Of a stretch of 64,000 nt of DNA, positions 19,864 through 30,345 are shown piece after piece (the first letter of the stretch is position 1; each line of letters starts with the position of its first letter). Source of the stretch: Tidjanibacter sp. GTDB taxonomy: Bacteria > Bacteroidota > Bacteroidia > Bacteroidales > Rikenellaceae. The stretch is taken from NCBI GenBank assembly GCA_017631375.1, contig JAGBTK010000041.1, positions 4,419-68,418 of the forward strand, given 5' to 3'. Under the pieces are notes generated by a model. That model was given only the letters and a program-made list of their open reading frames with translations, ran no database searches and was not told the origin of the DNA. A program made the position numbers and the translations under genes.

Positions 19864-20802
19864 TTATAGCAGACCGCGACCCATCTTGTTGATTTTGCCA
19901 CTCTCGTTAAGGTCGGTAACTGCCTTGTCGAGGATACCGTTGATGAACTGAGGCGAGCCGAGAGTGCTGTAATAGCGCGAAATCTCGATATACTCGTCCA
20001 GCGACACCTTAACAGGAATATAGGGGAACTGAGTCAGCTCGGTAATAGCCACCGAGAGGATGATGATATCCATAAAGGCGATGCGCTCCATATCCCAATT
20101 TTGGGTGTAACGCTCCAAGAGTGCGAGGTTGTCCGAGTGAGCCACAGTTACACGGGTGAAGAGGTCGGTAGCAAACTTCTCATCCTCCTCGTTTTTGAAC
20201 TGGGGCAACAGAGCCAACTGTTCTGCCTCAGGGCGCAATGCACGCAGGGTGCGCACAACCATAGTCAGTACATAGTCGAGGTCGTCTGCCCAATGGATGG
20301 AGATATCCTCCAATGCCTGCTCCACCATCTCGTTGTCCTGCACACACTGCACGAAGATCTCCTCTACAACCGACAACTCGTCACGGAACGAGGTGCGCTC
20401 AGCCTGCATATACTTCTGATAGAAGTCGCTCTGAGTCATCTTGTCGAAGATGTTGCGCACAACTTCGGGATGAGTGCCCCAATCAAGCCCCTCCTTTGCA
20501 GCGCGTTTGGTTAGCGACTCGGTGTGCTCGAAGATGGAGATAACATTGCTCTCGACAAAGCGATAATTGGGGTGAAGGTCGTCGTATGTGGGGAGTTTCT
20601 TGTTCAGACCAATCTCGATACGCTCGCGTGCATACTCCGCCAATGCGGGAACAAGGGCAAGCATCTGAAAATATAACTGATAGGTGCTGTCGATGGAGTG
20701 GGTGAGATTCTTGGTGGCAACCGACAAAGGTGTGCCCTCCGATTTGAGATACGAATAAAGTGATTTAATAACCTTGATTCTCAAAAATCTACGACTCAAC
20801 AT
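19864..20802 (-). CDS. nusB: Transcription antitermination factor NusB (Bacteroidetes long form)
   Basis: MLSRRFLRIKV, NWDMERIAFMD, VSLDEYIEISRYYS, FINGILD. Confidence 0.92.
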   Translation of the reverse strand: MLSRRFLRIKVIKSLYSYLKSEGTPLSVATKNLTHSIDSTYQLYFQMLALVPALAEYARERIEIGLNKKLPTYDDLHPNYRFVESNVISIFEHTESLTKRAAKEGLDWGTHPEVVRNIFDKMTQSDFYQKYMQAERTSFRDELSVVEEIFVQCVQDNEMVEQALEDISIHWADDLDYVLTMVVRTLRALRPEAEQLALLPQFKNEEDEKFATDLFTRVTVAHSDNLALLERYTQNWDMERIAFMDIIILSVAITELTQFPYIPVKVSLDEYIEISRYYSTLGSPQFINGILDKAVTDLNESGKINKMGRGLL

Positions 20803-20956
20803 AATCTGAACTATTTTATAATTTTCTTTTCGGTCGCAAAGATACATATTTAAATGCAAAATCCAAGCATCGCAGATGCCTTTATATAGGGGTTTGTGGT
20901 TGATTTACTCCCTCTTCTTAACTCGTAACTCCGGCAGCAAAATTCAAAATTAGGAA

Positions 20957-20972
20957 CGGCACGGAGATTGCA
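20957..20972 (+). promoter_or_regulatory. Candidate sigma54 -24/-12 promoter
   Basis: CGGCACGGAGATTGCA compared with consensus TGGCACG-N4-TTGCW, 62 nt upstream of the lipoprotein start. Confidence 0.55.
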
Positions 20973-21034
20973 GCTCTGTGTGTGTCCGAAATGACGGGCA
21001 GATTATGTGAAACTTAACAACATTTATTTGGACT

Positions 21035-21565
21035 ATGAAGAGAATTTTCCTATTTCTTTTTGTGATGGTGGCGATGGCTACCGCTTGTACTCAGCAGGGG
21101 CGTTGGACTCGTCAGCAGGTGCGTGACTTCCGTCATTGGCTTAACGATTACCGCGAGATGATCTACCTTGATGGGATGAATGATGCCGAGTTTGTCATCT
21201 TCGCTGACGATGTGACAGGACTTATTGAAGATCAGTATCCTAACTATGTGGAGTTCATACAGATGACAGGTATGGGCGATACGGTGGATATGGTGGTTGT
21301 GGAGACCATTGTGAGCGATGTGCAGGCAAATCACGGCAATATGCGATACTTCTTCCCCTACGAGTGGCTCAAAGAGTGGAACATCCTGCCTGAGAATATG
21401 AAACATAAGGAGCTACGCGCTTTCTACGAGTGTCTGGCGGGGAGTGTTAATAAGAGTTATGGCTCGCTCGACTCCTTTGTCTATGCAGCCCTCAACTCCA
21501 CCATTGACGATCAGCGAATCCTATCTCTCGCCCGAGGGTGTGCGGCACCATATCAGAAAGAGTAA
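21035..21565 (+). CDS. Hypothetical lipoprotein
   Basis: MKRIFLFLFVMVAMATAC lipoprotein signal; no recognised domain. Confidence 0.75.
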   Translation: MKRIFLFLFVMVAMATACTQQGRWTRQQVRDFRHWLNDYREMIYLDGMNDAEFVIFADDVTGLIEDQYPNYVEFIQMTGMGDTVDMVVVETIVSDVQANHGNMRYFFPYEWLKEWNILPENMKHKELRAFYECLAGSVNKSYGSLDSFVYAALNSTIDDQRILSLARGCAAPYQKE

Positions 21566-21606
21566 TAAAAAGAGAGCCGAGAAAACATCTCGGCTCTCTT
21601 TTTATT
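21564..21606. terminator. Bidirectional terminator
   Basis: AATAAAAAGAGAGCCGAGA...TCTCGGCTCTCTTTTTATT. Confidence 0.85.
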
Positions 21607-21613
21607 CAAAACT

Positions 21614-22699
21614 CTATTCGCTCTTCGTGCGGAGGAATTTGGTATAGGCGTGGCGTGTTCCCTCGCGTGCCGTGCGACTCTTGGAAATTACGGCAGGGGT
21701 GGGCTGCTGCTCGGTCTTTGCCTCTTTGCGGCCACTCTCTTTCTTCTCTCTCTGCTCGGGTTTCGGCTCTCTTCTCTTAGCCTCTTTTGGTGCAGGTTTC
21801 TGCGCGGGCTTAGGTGTTGATTTGGCTGGCTTTACCTGCTCTGAGCTCTTGTAGTTCTCCACATCGCCCACAATGCGTAATCCCTCATCAGAGGGCTGGG
21901 TGAGGTTGTGACTCATCAGATAACCGAGAGCCTTCTTGAAGACCTTCTTACTCATCTGCGCCACCTCCTTGATCTCTTCGGGTGTCGATTTGTCGTTCAG
22001 AGGCAGAATATCGCCATTCTCCTTTGCCAATTTCGCAAGTTTTACAGCCGAGGAACGCACCTCGTCGTAGCCTTGCTGACGGAGCATAACATCTATTCTT
22101 CGCTCATCTGTCACTCTGCTTACATAACCTGTGCGACGATCGCCAATGTGCAGTGGCTCAAATAGTTGGTTGTCATACACTACACCCCAATTCCTGTTGT
22201 TTACCACCACTCGGAAACCTCGCTCAATGCGTTGTGCCACCACAATCTCTACCTCCTCTTTCTCGCGTACCACAATCTCGCTATTGCTGATGTGCTTTGC
22301 CAGACGAGCCGATGCCACCACTCGGTCGGTTACCGTGTCGCGATAGAGAAATACTACATATTTGCGTCCGATCTCCATCGGGAAATTCTGTTCGCGGTTG
22401 GGTACAAAGAGGTCTTTGGCGGTGATACCCCAATTCATAAATGCACCGTGAACATTCTTGTCCACTACCTCCAAATATGCCACCTCGCCTACTGTCGCAA
22501 GTGGGTGTTCTCTGGTGGCTGTCAATCGATTGAGTGTGTCGTGGTAAACAAATACTTCAACCGAGTCGCCCACCTTATCTTCTAAACTTACATAGCGATT
22601 GGGGAGCAATACCTCAGCTCCCTCGCCGTCTGTGAGGTAGAGTCCGTGCTCCGAAATACGGGCAACGGTGAGTGTCTGATATAGTCCGATGTAAAGCAT
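21614..22699 (-). CDS. CvfB/YitL family S1-domain RNA-binding protein with basic C-terminal tail
   Basis: GLYL..EVLLP, VFVYHD, GAFMNWG..KDLFVP, winged-helix SKKVFKKALG. Confidence 0.85.
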   Translation of the reverse strand: MLYIGLYQTLTVARISEHGLYLTDGEGAEVLLPNRYVSLEDKVGDSVEVFVYHDTLNRLTATREHPLATVGEVAYLEVVDKNVHGAFMNWGITAKDLFVPNREQNFPMEIGRKYVVFLYRDTVTDRVVASARLAKHISNSEIVVREKEEVEIVVAQRIERGFRVVVNNRNWGVVYDNQLFEPLHIGDRRTGYVSRVTDERRIDVMLRQQGYDEVRSSAVKLAKLAKENGDILPLNDKSTPEEIKEVAQMSKKVFKKALGYLMSHNLTQPSDEGLRIVGDVENYKSSEQVKPAKSTPKPAQKPAPKEAKRREPKPEQREKKESGRKEAKTEQQPTPAVISKSRTAREGTRHAYTKFLRTKSE

Positions 22700-22786
22700 C
22701 TTCTGCAGAGTGTTGTTTTAATTTATCGCAAAAGTAGTGTTTTTTTTGCTACCTTTTAGTAAATTTGCCAAATATTCTTTTCCCCG

Positions 22787-23551
22787 ATGAGACTTAGAGT
22801 AGCAATTTGTCAGATGGATATCGTTTGGGGCGACTGCGAGGCTAATTTGCAGCGCGTGGAGTCCTATGTCTGCTCTGCCGATGCCGATCTGGTTGTCTTT
22901 CCCGAGATGTTCCTGACTGGCTACGATTGCTCTTCGGAGATTGCTCTGCCGACCGATTCCCCTTTTATCGGGCGAGTGCAAATAATTGCTCAGGAGGCAG
23001 GCAGGGCGGTGGCAGGTACTATTGCCGTGAACGACAACGGGGCGATCTACAATCGTTTCTATCTCTTTCGTCCCGATGGTACTGCCGAATATTACGATAA
23101 GCGACATCTGTTCCGTATGGCAGGCGAGGATAAGGCTTTTGCTGCCGGTAATGAGCGAGTTGTGGTGGAGTATATGGGGTGGCGTATCCTGCTACAGGTC
23201 TGCTACGATCTGCGTTTCCCCGTATGGAGTCGTCAGTGTGGCGATGAGTACGATTTGGTGATTTATTCGGCAGAGTGGGCCCAGGCGCGAGTTGGCGCTT
23301 GGGATAGATTGCTTCCGGCACGAGCTATTGAAAATCAGTCGTTTGTGGTGGGGGTGAACAGGGTTGGTGATGACCATACGGCTCACTATTCGGGTCACTC
23401 GGTAGTGCTTAACCCATACGGCGAGGTGGTTGCCCGAGTGGATGATGATGTGGAGGGAGTTGTTGTCGCTGAACTCGACATAGAGAAACTTAGGCGCTTC
23501 CGCGAAAAGTTCCCAGCCTGGGCAGATGCCGACAAGTTTTTTATTGAATAA
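22787..23551 (+). CDS. Nitrilase-family omega-amidase (YafV-like)
   Basis: FPEMF, YDKRHLF, VCYDLRFPVWSR, ARAIENQ. Confidence 0.9.
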   Translation: MRLRVAICQMDIVWGDCEANLQRVESYVCSADADLVVFPEMFLTGYDCSSEIALPTDSPFIGRVQIIAQEAGRAVAGTIAVNDNGAIYNRFYLFRPDGTAEYYDKRHLFRMAGEDKAFAAGNERVVVEYMGWRILLQVCYDLRFPVWSRQCGDEYDLVIYSAEWAQARVGAWDRLLPARAIENQSFVVGVNRVGDDHTAHYSGHSVVLNPYGEVVARVDDDVEGVVVAELDIEKLRRFREKFPAWADADKFFIE

Positions 23552-23569
23552 AATATAGAAGAATATACG

Positions 23570-24469
23570 ATGAAGAGATTGCTGATTATTAGTGTTTTGC
23601 TGTTGATTTCGGTGGGTTGCTCTGCACAGACTACCGACCGTCAGATGATTAATTCGGTGGTGGAGATTCCCCCTCTGCCCGAGGAGTTGGTCTTTGCTGG
23701 TGAGCGTGTGCCTCTCGAAAATTTTGACACTCGCGAGAGCCTTATGCGTGAGATGCTGGTTACTCTCTATATGCACTCCCGCACCTCGCTGACTCTGATG
23801 AATACAACAAGGTATTTCCCGATCATTGAGCCAATCCTGGCCGAGTTTGGGATTCCTGAAGATATGAAATATCTCTGCGTGGCAGAGAGTGGTTTGGATC
23901 CCAATGTTGTATCGACTGCAGGCGCCGGTGGACTGTGGCAGATTATGCCTACCGTGGGCAAGGAAAATGGCCTTGTTGTGGATGGGGAGATAGACGAACG
24001 CTACCACATCGAGAAGGCTACCCGTGTGGCTTGTACCCTTTTGAAGAGCTACTACGAGGAGTTCGGTTCGTGGGCATTTGCTGCTGCGGCCTACAATCTC
24101 GGTCTTAACGGACTGCGCAGAAGAGTTGACAAACAGCAGAGTGACAACTACTACGATACCTTCCTTCCCGAGGAGACTTTGCGCTATATGTTCCGCATCT
24201 TGTCTTTCAAGTTGCTGATTGCAGATCCTGACGAGTATGGTTATCGCATTGCAAAGTCTGACTACCGCGAGCCTCTGGACAATTATTATGAGATTGAGGT
24301 GAGCGGTAAGAATATCGATTGGGCTGCTGTGGCTCGCGAGCACGGAACTACCTATCGTATGCTACGCCAGCTTAACCATTGGATTCGTGAGTACGATTGT
24401 GCTAATTCGGCAGGTCGTACCTTTATTGTAAAGATGCCCGGAGAGGGCTTCCGTGTTAATAGCAAATAG
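23570..24469 (+). CDS. Lytic transglycosylase (SLT domain, MltD-like)
   Basis: Signal peptide, AESG, GLWQIM, AAAAYN, PEETLRY. Confidence 0.88.
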   Translation: MKRLLIISVLLLISVGCSAQTTDRQMINSVVEIPPLPEELVFAGERVPLENFDTRESLMREMLVTLYMHSRTSLTLMNTTRYFPIIEPILAEFGIPEDMKYLCVAESGLDPNVVSTAGAGGLWQIMPTVGKENGLVVDGEIDERYHIEKATRVACTLLKSYYEEFGSWAFAAAAYNLGLNGLRRRVDKQQSDNYYDTFLPEETLRYMFRILSFKLLIADPDEYGYRIAKSDYREPLDNYYEIEVSGKNIDWAAVAREHGTTYRMLRQLNHWIREYDCANSAGRTFIVKMPGEGFRVNSK

Positions 24470-24472
24470 TCT

Positions 24473-27307
24473 GTGGCAGAGAAGAATAAGGATATAATCA
24501 GTGTGCGTGGCGCGCGAGTGAATAACTTGCGTGAGGTTGACGTGGATATTCCTCGCAATCAGTTGGTTGTGATTACAGGATTATCGGGCTCGGGTAAGTC
24601 GTCGCTTGCCTTTGATACTATATATGCCGAGGGACAGCGTCGCTATATGGAGACCCTCTCGGCCTATGCCCGTCAGTTTATCGGCTCTATGGAACGCCCT
24701 GAGGTAGACCATATTACGGGACTTAGTCCGGTTGTGGCTATTGAGCAGAAGACCACAAACAAGAATCCTCGTTCTACGGTTGGTACGGTGACTGAGATTT
24801 ACGATTTTCTCCGTCTGCTCTATGCCCGTGCTTCGCGTGCCTACTCACCACATACGGGCGAAGAGATGGTGCACTATACGGATGAGCAGATAGTTGAACT
24901 GATTGAGCGTGGCTTCTCTGGCCGAAAGGTGGCACTTATGGCTCCTGTGGTTAAGGGTCGCAAGGGACATTACCGCGAACTCTTTGAAACCTTCCTGCGC
25001 AAGGGTTTTGTCTATGCCCGAATAGATGATGAGATTGTGGAACTTGTTCCCGATATGAAACTCGACCGCTATAAGGTGCATAATATCGACTTGGTGGTTG
25101 ATAGACTTATTGTCGGTGAGAGTCATCGCGATAGGTTTGTCAAGAGCCTGAAAGAGGCCATGCGTCAGGGCAAAGGAACGATTAGCCTCTACGACTACGA
25201 GAGCCACACATCGCGTTATTATTCGCGTCATTTGATGTGTCCCACTACGGGTGTTGCTTTTGACGACCCCGCACCTCATACCTTCTCTTTCAACTCACCA
25301 GAGGGTGCTTGTCCTCACTGCTCGGGATTGGGCGAGGAGGTTGTGTTCGACCGCACCAAACTAATCCCTGACCCTTCAAAGAGCATCAATGAGGGAGCAA
25401 TCGAGCCATTTGGCAAACATAAGAACAATGCTCTGTTTGCAATGTTGGAGGCTTTAGCTCATCGCTATGACTTCTCGCTGGATGATGCTGTTTCGACCAT
25501 CTCCGACGAGGCGATGAATGCTATTATTAATGGTGAGCGTGAGTCGCTGACCGTGGATAGTCGCTCTTTCTCTCCCTACGGAGGTGTGCAGATGATGATG
25601 TGGGAGGGCCTTGGTGAGTATATCCGTAGTCAGGAGGAGGATACTACCTCAGGCAAGGGTGCAGCGTGGCGTGAGCAGTTTGTGGAGCGCAGGGTTTGCT
25701 CGGAGTGTGGTGGCGCAAGGCTCAAGAAGGAGGCCTTGCAGTTCCGCATAGCAGGCAAGAGCATTGCTGAGGTCGCACAGATGAGTATCACCGAACTTAG
25801 TGAGTGGATTGGTGGGGTAATGGAGCAGATGACAGAGCGCGAGAAGTTGATTGCCACCGAGATAGTGAAGGAGATCTCCACTCGTCTGGGCTTCCTTGCT
25901 GAGGTAGGTTTGGGATATTTGTCGCTCAATCGTAAGGCAGGCTCGCTCTCCGGTGGTGAGAGTCAGCGTATTCGTTTGGCTACTCAGATTGGCTCCAAGC
26001 TCGTCAATGTGCTCTATATCCTTGATGAGCCGAGTATAGGTCTGCACCAGAGGGATAACCAACGACTGATAGATAGTCTGAAAGCCTTGCGCGATGCAGG
26101 TAACTCGGTGATTGTGGTGGAACACGACGAGGAGATGATGCGTAGTGCCGATTTTATTGTCGATGTAGGCCCTGGTGCCGGTCGCAAGGGAGGTCGGATT
26201 GTAGCACAGGGCTCGTTTGATGATATTCTTGCAAGTGACGGTATCACAGCAGATTATCTAAATGGTAAACGAAAAATAGAACTTCCTGCCGAGCGTCGCA
26301 AAGTGGGTGCTACGGCTATTGAGATAAAGGGTGCTACGGGTAATAACCTTAAAGATATAGATGTGCGTATTCCGCTTGGTGGTGTGGTCTGTGTGACAGG
26401 CGTCAGCGGCTCAGGTAAGTCCTCGTTGATTAACGGTACTCTCCGCCCTGCGCTGAGTAGGGAACTTTATCGCTCTTTCGATGTGCCATTGCCTCATAGA
26501 GAGATTGTGGGCATTGAGAATATAGATAAGTTGGTCGTTGTCGACCAGTCGCCCATTGGTCGCTCGCCAAGGAGTAACCCTGCAACCTATACTAATGTCT
26601 TTACCGATATTCGCAAACTATTTGAGCAGACTCCCGATGCTAAGGCGAGAGGATATCGCTCAGGTCGCTTCTCGTTTAATGTTAAGGGTGGTCGTTGCGA
26701 GGAGTGCAGAGGCGCAGGTGTGCAGACTATTGAGATGAACTTCCTGCCAGATGTATATGTTACTTGCAGGGTCTGCAATGGCCGTAGATATAATCGCGAA
26801 ACTTTGGAGGTGCGCTATAAGGGTAAGTCGATTAACGATGTGCTCAATATGACTATAAATCAGGCTGTTGAATTCTTTGAGCCGATCCCCAACATCTACA
26901 CCAAACTGCGTGCTATTCAGGAGGTTGGCTTGGGTTATCTGAAGCTCGGCCAGCCCTGCACTACTCTGTCGGGTGGTGAGAGTCAGCGTATTAAGCTGGC
27001 AGGCGAGCTTGCTAAACGCGATACGGGGCGTACGCTATATATCCTTGATGAGCCCACTACAGGACTCCACTTCGAGGATGTTCGACAGCTGATGAATGTG
27101 GTTGCCCGCCTGGCTGATAGGGGTAATACTCTGCTGATAATAGAGCACAATCTCGATGTGGTCAAGCTGGCGGACTATGTGATTGATATGGGTCCTGAGG
27201 GTGGGGCAGATGGTGGCACAGTGGTTGCTATGGGTACTCCCGAAGAGATTGCTGATAATCCGAATAGTCTTACAGGAAAGTATTTAACGGAACTTTTGCA
27301 GAGGTAA
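24473..27307 (+). CDS. uvrA: Excinuclease ABC subunit A
   Basis: Two ABC cassettes (GLSGSGKSS, GVSGSGKSS, LSGGESQR), zinc fingers; GTG start. Confidence 0.97.
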   Translation: MAEKNKDIISVRGARVNNLREVDVDIPRNQLVVITGLSGSGKSSLAFDTIYAEGQRRYMETLSAYARQFIGSMERPEVDHITGLSPVVAIEQKTTNKNPRSTVGTVTEIYDFLRLLYARASRAYSPHTGEEMVHYTDEQIVELIERGFSGRKVALMAPVVKGRKGHYRELFETFLRKGFVYARIDDEIVELVPDMKLDRYKVHNIDLVVDRLIVGESHRDRFVKSLKEAMRQGKGTISLYDYESHTSRYYSRHLMCPTTGVAFDDPAPHTFSFNSPEGACPHCSGLGEEVVFDRTKLIPDPSKSINEGAIEPFGKHKNNALFAMLEALAHRYDFSLDDAVSTISDEAMNAIINGERESLTVDSRSFSPYGGVQMMMWEGLGEYIRSQEEDTTSGKGAAWREQFVERRVCSECGGARLKKEALQFRIAGKSIAEVAQMSITELSEWIGGVMEQMTEREKLIATEIVKEISTRLGFLAEVGLGYLSLNRKAGSLSGGESQRIRLATQIGSKLVNVLYILDEPSIGLHQRDNQRLIDSLKALRDAGNSVIVVEHDEEMMRSADFIVDVGPGAGRKGGRIVAQGSFDDILASDGITADYLNGKRKIELPAERRKVGATAIEIKGATGNNLKDIDVRIPLGGVVCVTGVSGSGKSSLINGTLRPALSRELYRSFDVPLPHREIVGIENIDKLVVVDQSPIGRSPRSNPATYTNVFTDIRKLFEQTPDAKARGYRSGRFSFNVKGGRCEECRGAGVQTIEMNFLPDVYVTCRVCNGRRYNRETLEVRYKGKSINDVLNMTINQAVEFFEPIPNIYTKLRAIQEVGLGYLKLGQPCTTLSGGESQRIKLAGELAKRDTGRTLYILDEPTTGLHFEDVRQLMNVVARLADRGNTLLIIEHNLDVVKLADYVIDMGPEGGADGGTVVAMGTPEEIADNPNSLTGKYLTELLQR

Positions 27308-27319
27308 AAACTATTCTAA

Positions 27320-27356
27320 AACAACCGAGAGATATATCTAATATCTCTCGGTTGTT
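27320..27356. terminator. Terminator hairpin between convergent genes
   Basis: AACAACCGAGAGATAT...ATATCTCTCGGTTGTT. Confidence 0.75.
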
Positions 27357-27378
27357 AACTAATTTTGCATTTTGCATT

Positions 27379-28197
27379 TTACTTCAACGGGCTGTCTGGC
27401 TCTTTTGCCATTACCATATAAAATAACTTATCCAGCAACCCTGGTGCGAACTTTTTGATGAAGTGAGTTAATCTGCCTTCGTACTCCATAAGTACCAACC
27501 TCTTCCTGCGTGCTACGCCACGCGCAATCCTTGCGGCCACCTCCTCGGCACTCATCATCTTCTCCTCTTTGCGGGGTGTTGCTCCTTGTGCAGTGCCGTT
27601 AGCGGTAAGTGCTGAGAAACGCACATTGCTTGCCGTAAAGCCTGGACAGGCAATCATGACATGCAATCCCTTTTTGAGATTCTCCACGCGTACCGTTTCA
27701 AGGAATCCCGTCATTGCATACTTCGATGCCGAATAGCCCGTGCGGGCAGGCAGTCCGTGCAATCCGGCAACCGACGACACACCCACAACCGAGCCCTTTG
27801 ATTTTTGTAGATAGGGTAGAGCATACTTGGTGCAACCTACACAGCCCCAGAAGTTTACATCCATAAGTCTGCGCAGTACGTCCAAATCAACATCGTCAAG
27901 CAAAGCCCTCATTGAGAGGCCAGCATTACAGATAAGAATATCCACACCGCCAAAATTCTCCACAGCACACTCTATAAGTTTTTTGCAATCCTCTTCGTTG
28001 GTAACATCGCACTTGCACCACACAGCCTTGCCACCGCGGGAGTTTATGTCAGCACATATCTCCGCCAACTTATCCTCCTGCCTTGCTCCAAGCACCACTT
28101 TTGCTCCGCGTGCCGAGAATTCGTATGCTAATGCCTTGCCAATACCCGATGAAGCACCGGTTATTATGGTAACCTTATCTGTGAATTTCTTGCTCAT
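27379..28197 (-). CDS. Short-chain dehydrogenase/reductase
   Basis: TGASSGIG, NAG, YSASK. Confidence 0.92.
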   Translation of the reverse strand: MSKKFTDKVTIITGASSGIGKALAYEFSARGAKVVLGARQEDKLAEICADINSRGGKAVWCKCDVTNEEDCKKLIECAVENFGGVDILICNAGLSMRALLDDVDLDVLRRLMDVNFWGCVGCTKYALPYLQKSKGSVVGVSSVAGLHGLPARTGYSASKYAMTGFLETVRVENLKKGLHVMIACPGFTASNVRFSALTANGTAQGATPRKEEKMMSAEEVAARIARGVARRKRLVLMEYEGRLTHFIKKFAPGLLDKLFYMVMAKEPDSPLK

Positions 28198-28221
28198 ATT
28201 CTTTTGAATTTCAATTGACTA

Positions 28222-30336
28222 TTACAGTTGCAACAATCCTAATGCACGGACTTTGTCCCAACTCTTGGAGTGGTAGAGTACCACAAATGGCTCTTCATGA
28301 CTCTCGGCATAGAGAGCCTTGATGTCCTCCAATCGTGTTACTTGGTCGAGGTCGGCACAACGCCTTATTACCTCCACAATAAACTCTCTATCTTCGGGAT
28401 TAAACTTAATCTCTTTTCTGCCCGATGGACCTTCGATGGCTACTCCCTTGTCGCACACTACTGCATCTGCACCAATCCACACAATGCGCGCCTTGTCGGA
28501 GTAGATACGACTGCTGTCGGGCTTGATTAAGTGGTCGGTAATAAGGGTGGGCTCTACTGTTGGTTGTGGCACCTTTATATTAAACCATTTGCCGACTGGC
28601 TTGTCCAATCCATTGCCCACCAAGTAGTTTGCCAACGACAAACGGAGTCCTTCGCCTACCTCCTCTATGTTGTAGCCTCTATTTTCAGCAAATGCTATCT
28701 CGTTGTTAGCGAATGGGTTGAGCACCGTGCCTTTGCGTCTTACGCCGAACTCCTCAGGCGAAGCACCGGAGCGACTATGCAGTGTCATAGCGTAGCGGTG
28801 CCAGAATGCCGAGCCGATAAGTTCGGCCTTGAACATTTGTCGTACCGTTTCAAGCGCATCGATGGTTTCTGCTAAAGTTTCGGTGGGCAGACCATACATA
28901 AGATAGGTATGTACCATAATGCCAGCATAGTAGAAGTTGCGCATCACAATAGTTGCCTGCTCAATATCTATGCCCTTATCAACCATCGCCAAAAGTCTGT
29001 CGTGTGCTGCCTCCAATCCTCCCGATACGGCAATACAGCCCGCCTTGGCCATCAGTGCGCATAGGTCGCCTGTAAATGCCTTTTCGAAACGAATGTTTGT
29101 CCACCAAGTATATCTGTGCCCACGGCGGAGCAGTTCGAGCGAGAGTTCTTTGAGTATCTTTGGTGATGCTGCCTCGTCCACAAAGTGGAAACTACGCGAG
29201 CCTGTCTGCTGGGCTACCTGCTCCATCCAATCGACAGTCTGGACTGCACTAACCTGCTCAAAACGACAGATGTAGTCGAGTGTAGTATCGCAAAACGCAC
29301 ACTTTGCCCAATAGCAACCGTGTGCAAGAAACATCTTATTCCATCTTCCGTCGCTCCACAGGCGGTGCATCGGGTTTGTCACCTCGCAGAGCGAAAAATA
29401 TCGGCTCATATCCAGTCCGCCGAAGTCGGGACAGCCACGCTCCGAGTGAGTGATTGTCGAGCCATCGCCCTCGGTGTAGCCCTCGGCAGAGTAGGTGTGG
29501 ATTGGTTCTCTACCCTCTATAAGTCTTAATAGAGCCTCTTCGCCATCGTCAAGGACAATATAATCTATATAGCGGAATATCTCCTTATCGGTCATATTAC
29601 GCAATTCGGTGGTTGGATAACCACCACCCATCACCGTCTTAATGTGCGGGAAGTTAGTCTTCAGATACTCACCACAACGAAGCGTCGAGAGCAAGTTGCC
29701 GGGGAAAGGAACTGTAAATCCCACCCAATCGGGCTGGTGCTCCTCAATCTTAGCCCTCAGCAGAGCGCACATCCTGTTCTCGATGGCGTTCAGAGGTTTC
29801 TGTAACTCCTGCTCAATTGTGGAGAACTCGACCACTGAGGCCGATATCTGCTCCCCATAGCGCACAATCTCGAAGTTGGGCGTTACCACCTCTCTCAGAT
29901 AGTCGCTCAGGTCTTGAAGATAGAGCGTCGATAGGTACTCTGCGCAATCCTGCAAACCCATAGTACCAAATACCTCCGATGGGTCAACCATCTGCTCAAA
30001 CCTGCCCGCTTGTGGTAGCCAATCGGGTGCGCAGATAAGGTTGGCAAGTGCCCTGTCCTCACCGTGCAAGAATGACATCACCATATCAATGGTGGAGATA
30101 TACTCCCTGCGCAGTGAGTATATGCGCTGGCAGTTGGTGTCATCGCCTGAGTATGGCTCGGCGAATATATCGCTGAGAAATTGACGCGAAAAGATCTCGC
30201 CAAGCAACTCTACCGACAAATCTGCCTGCACGGCTGCAACTCCCTTGTGCTCCAACCAACCTTTCAGGTAGGCAGTGGCAGGGTAGGGGGTGTTGGGCTG
30301 GACAAATGGTGGTGTTAGAAGTAATATCTTGCTCAT
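28222..30336 (-). CDS. B12-binding-domain radical SAM protein
   Basis: PPF..NTPYPA, GGGYP, CYWAKCAFC (CxxxCxxC), HFVDEA. Confidence 0.87.
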   Translation of the reverse strand: MSKILLLTPPFVQPNTPYPATAYLKGWLEHKGVAAVQADLSVELLGEIFSRQFLSDIFAEPYSGDDTNCQRIYSLRREYISTIDMVMSFLHGEDRALANLICAPDWLPQAGRFEQMVDPSEVFGTMGLQDCAEYLSTLYLQDLSDYLREVVTPNFEIVRYGEQISASVVEFSTIEQELQKPLNAIENRMCALLRAKIEEHQPDWVGFTVPFPGNLLSTLRCGEYLKTNFPHIKTVMGGGYPTTELRNMTDKEIFRYIDYIVLDDGEEALLRLIEGREPIHTYSAEGYTEGDGSTITHSERGCPDFGGLDMSRYFSLCEVTNPMHRLWSDGRWNKMFLAHGCYWAKCAFCDTTLDYICRFEQVSAVQTVDWMEQVAQQTGSRSFHFVDEAASPKILKELSLELLRRGHRYTWWTNIRFEKAFTGDLCALMAKAGCIAVSGGLEAAHDRLLAMVDKGIDIEQATIVMRNFYYAGIMVHTYLMYGLPTETLAETIDALETVRQMFKAELIGSAFWHRYAMTLHSRSGASPEEFGVRRKGTVLNPFANNEIAFAENRGYNIEEVGEGLRLSLANYLVGNGLDKPVGKWFNIKVPQPTVEPTLITDHLIKPDSSRIYSDKARIVWIGADAVVCDKGVAIEGPSGRKEIKFNPEDREFIVEVIRRCADLDQVTRLEDIKALYAESHEEPFVVLYHSKSWDKVRALGLLQL

Positions 30337-30345
30337 AATTGCTGA

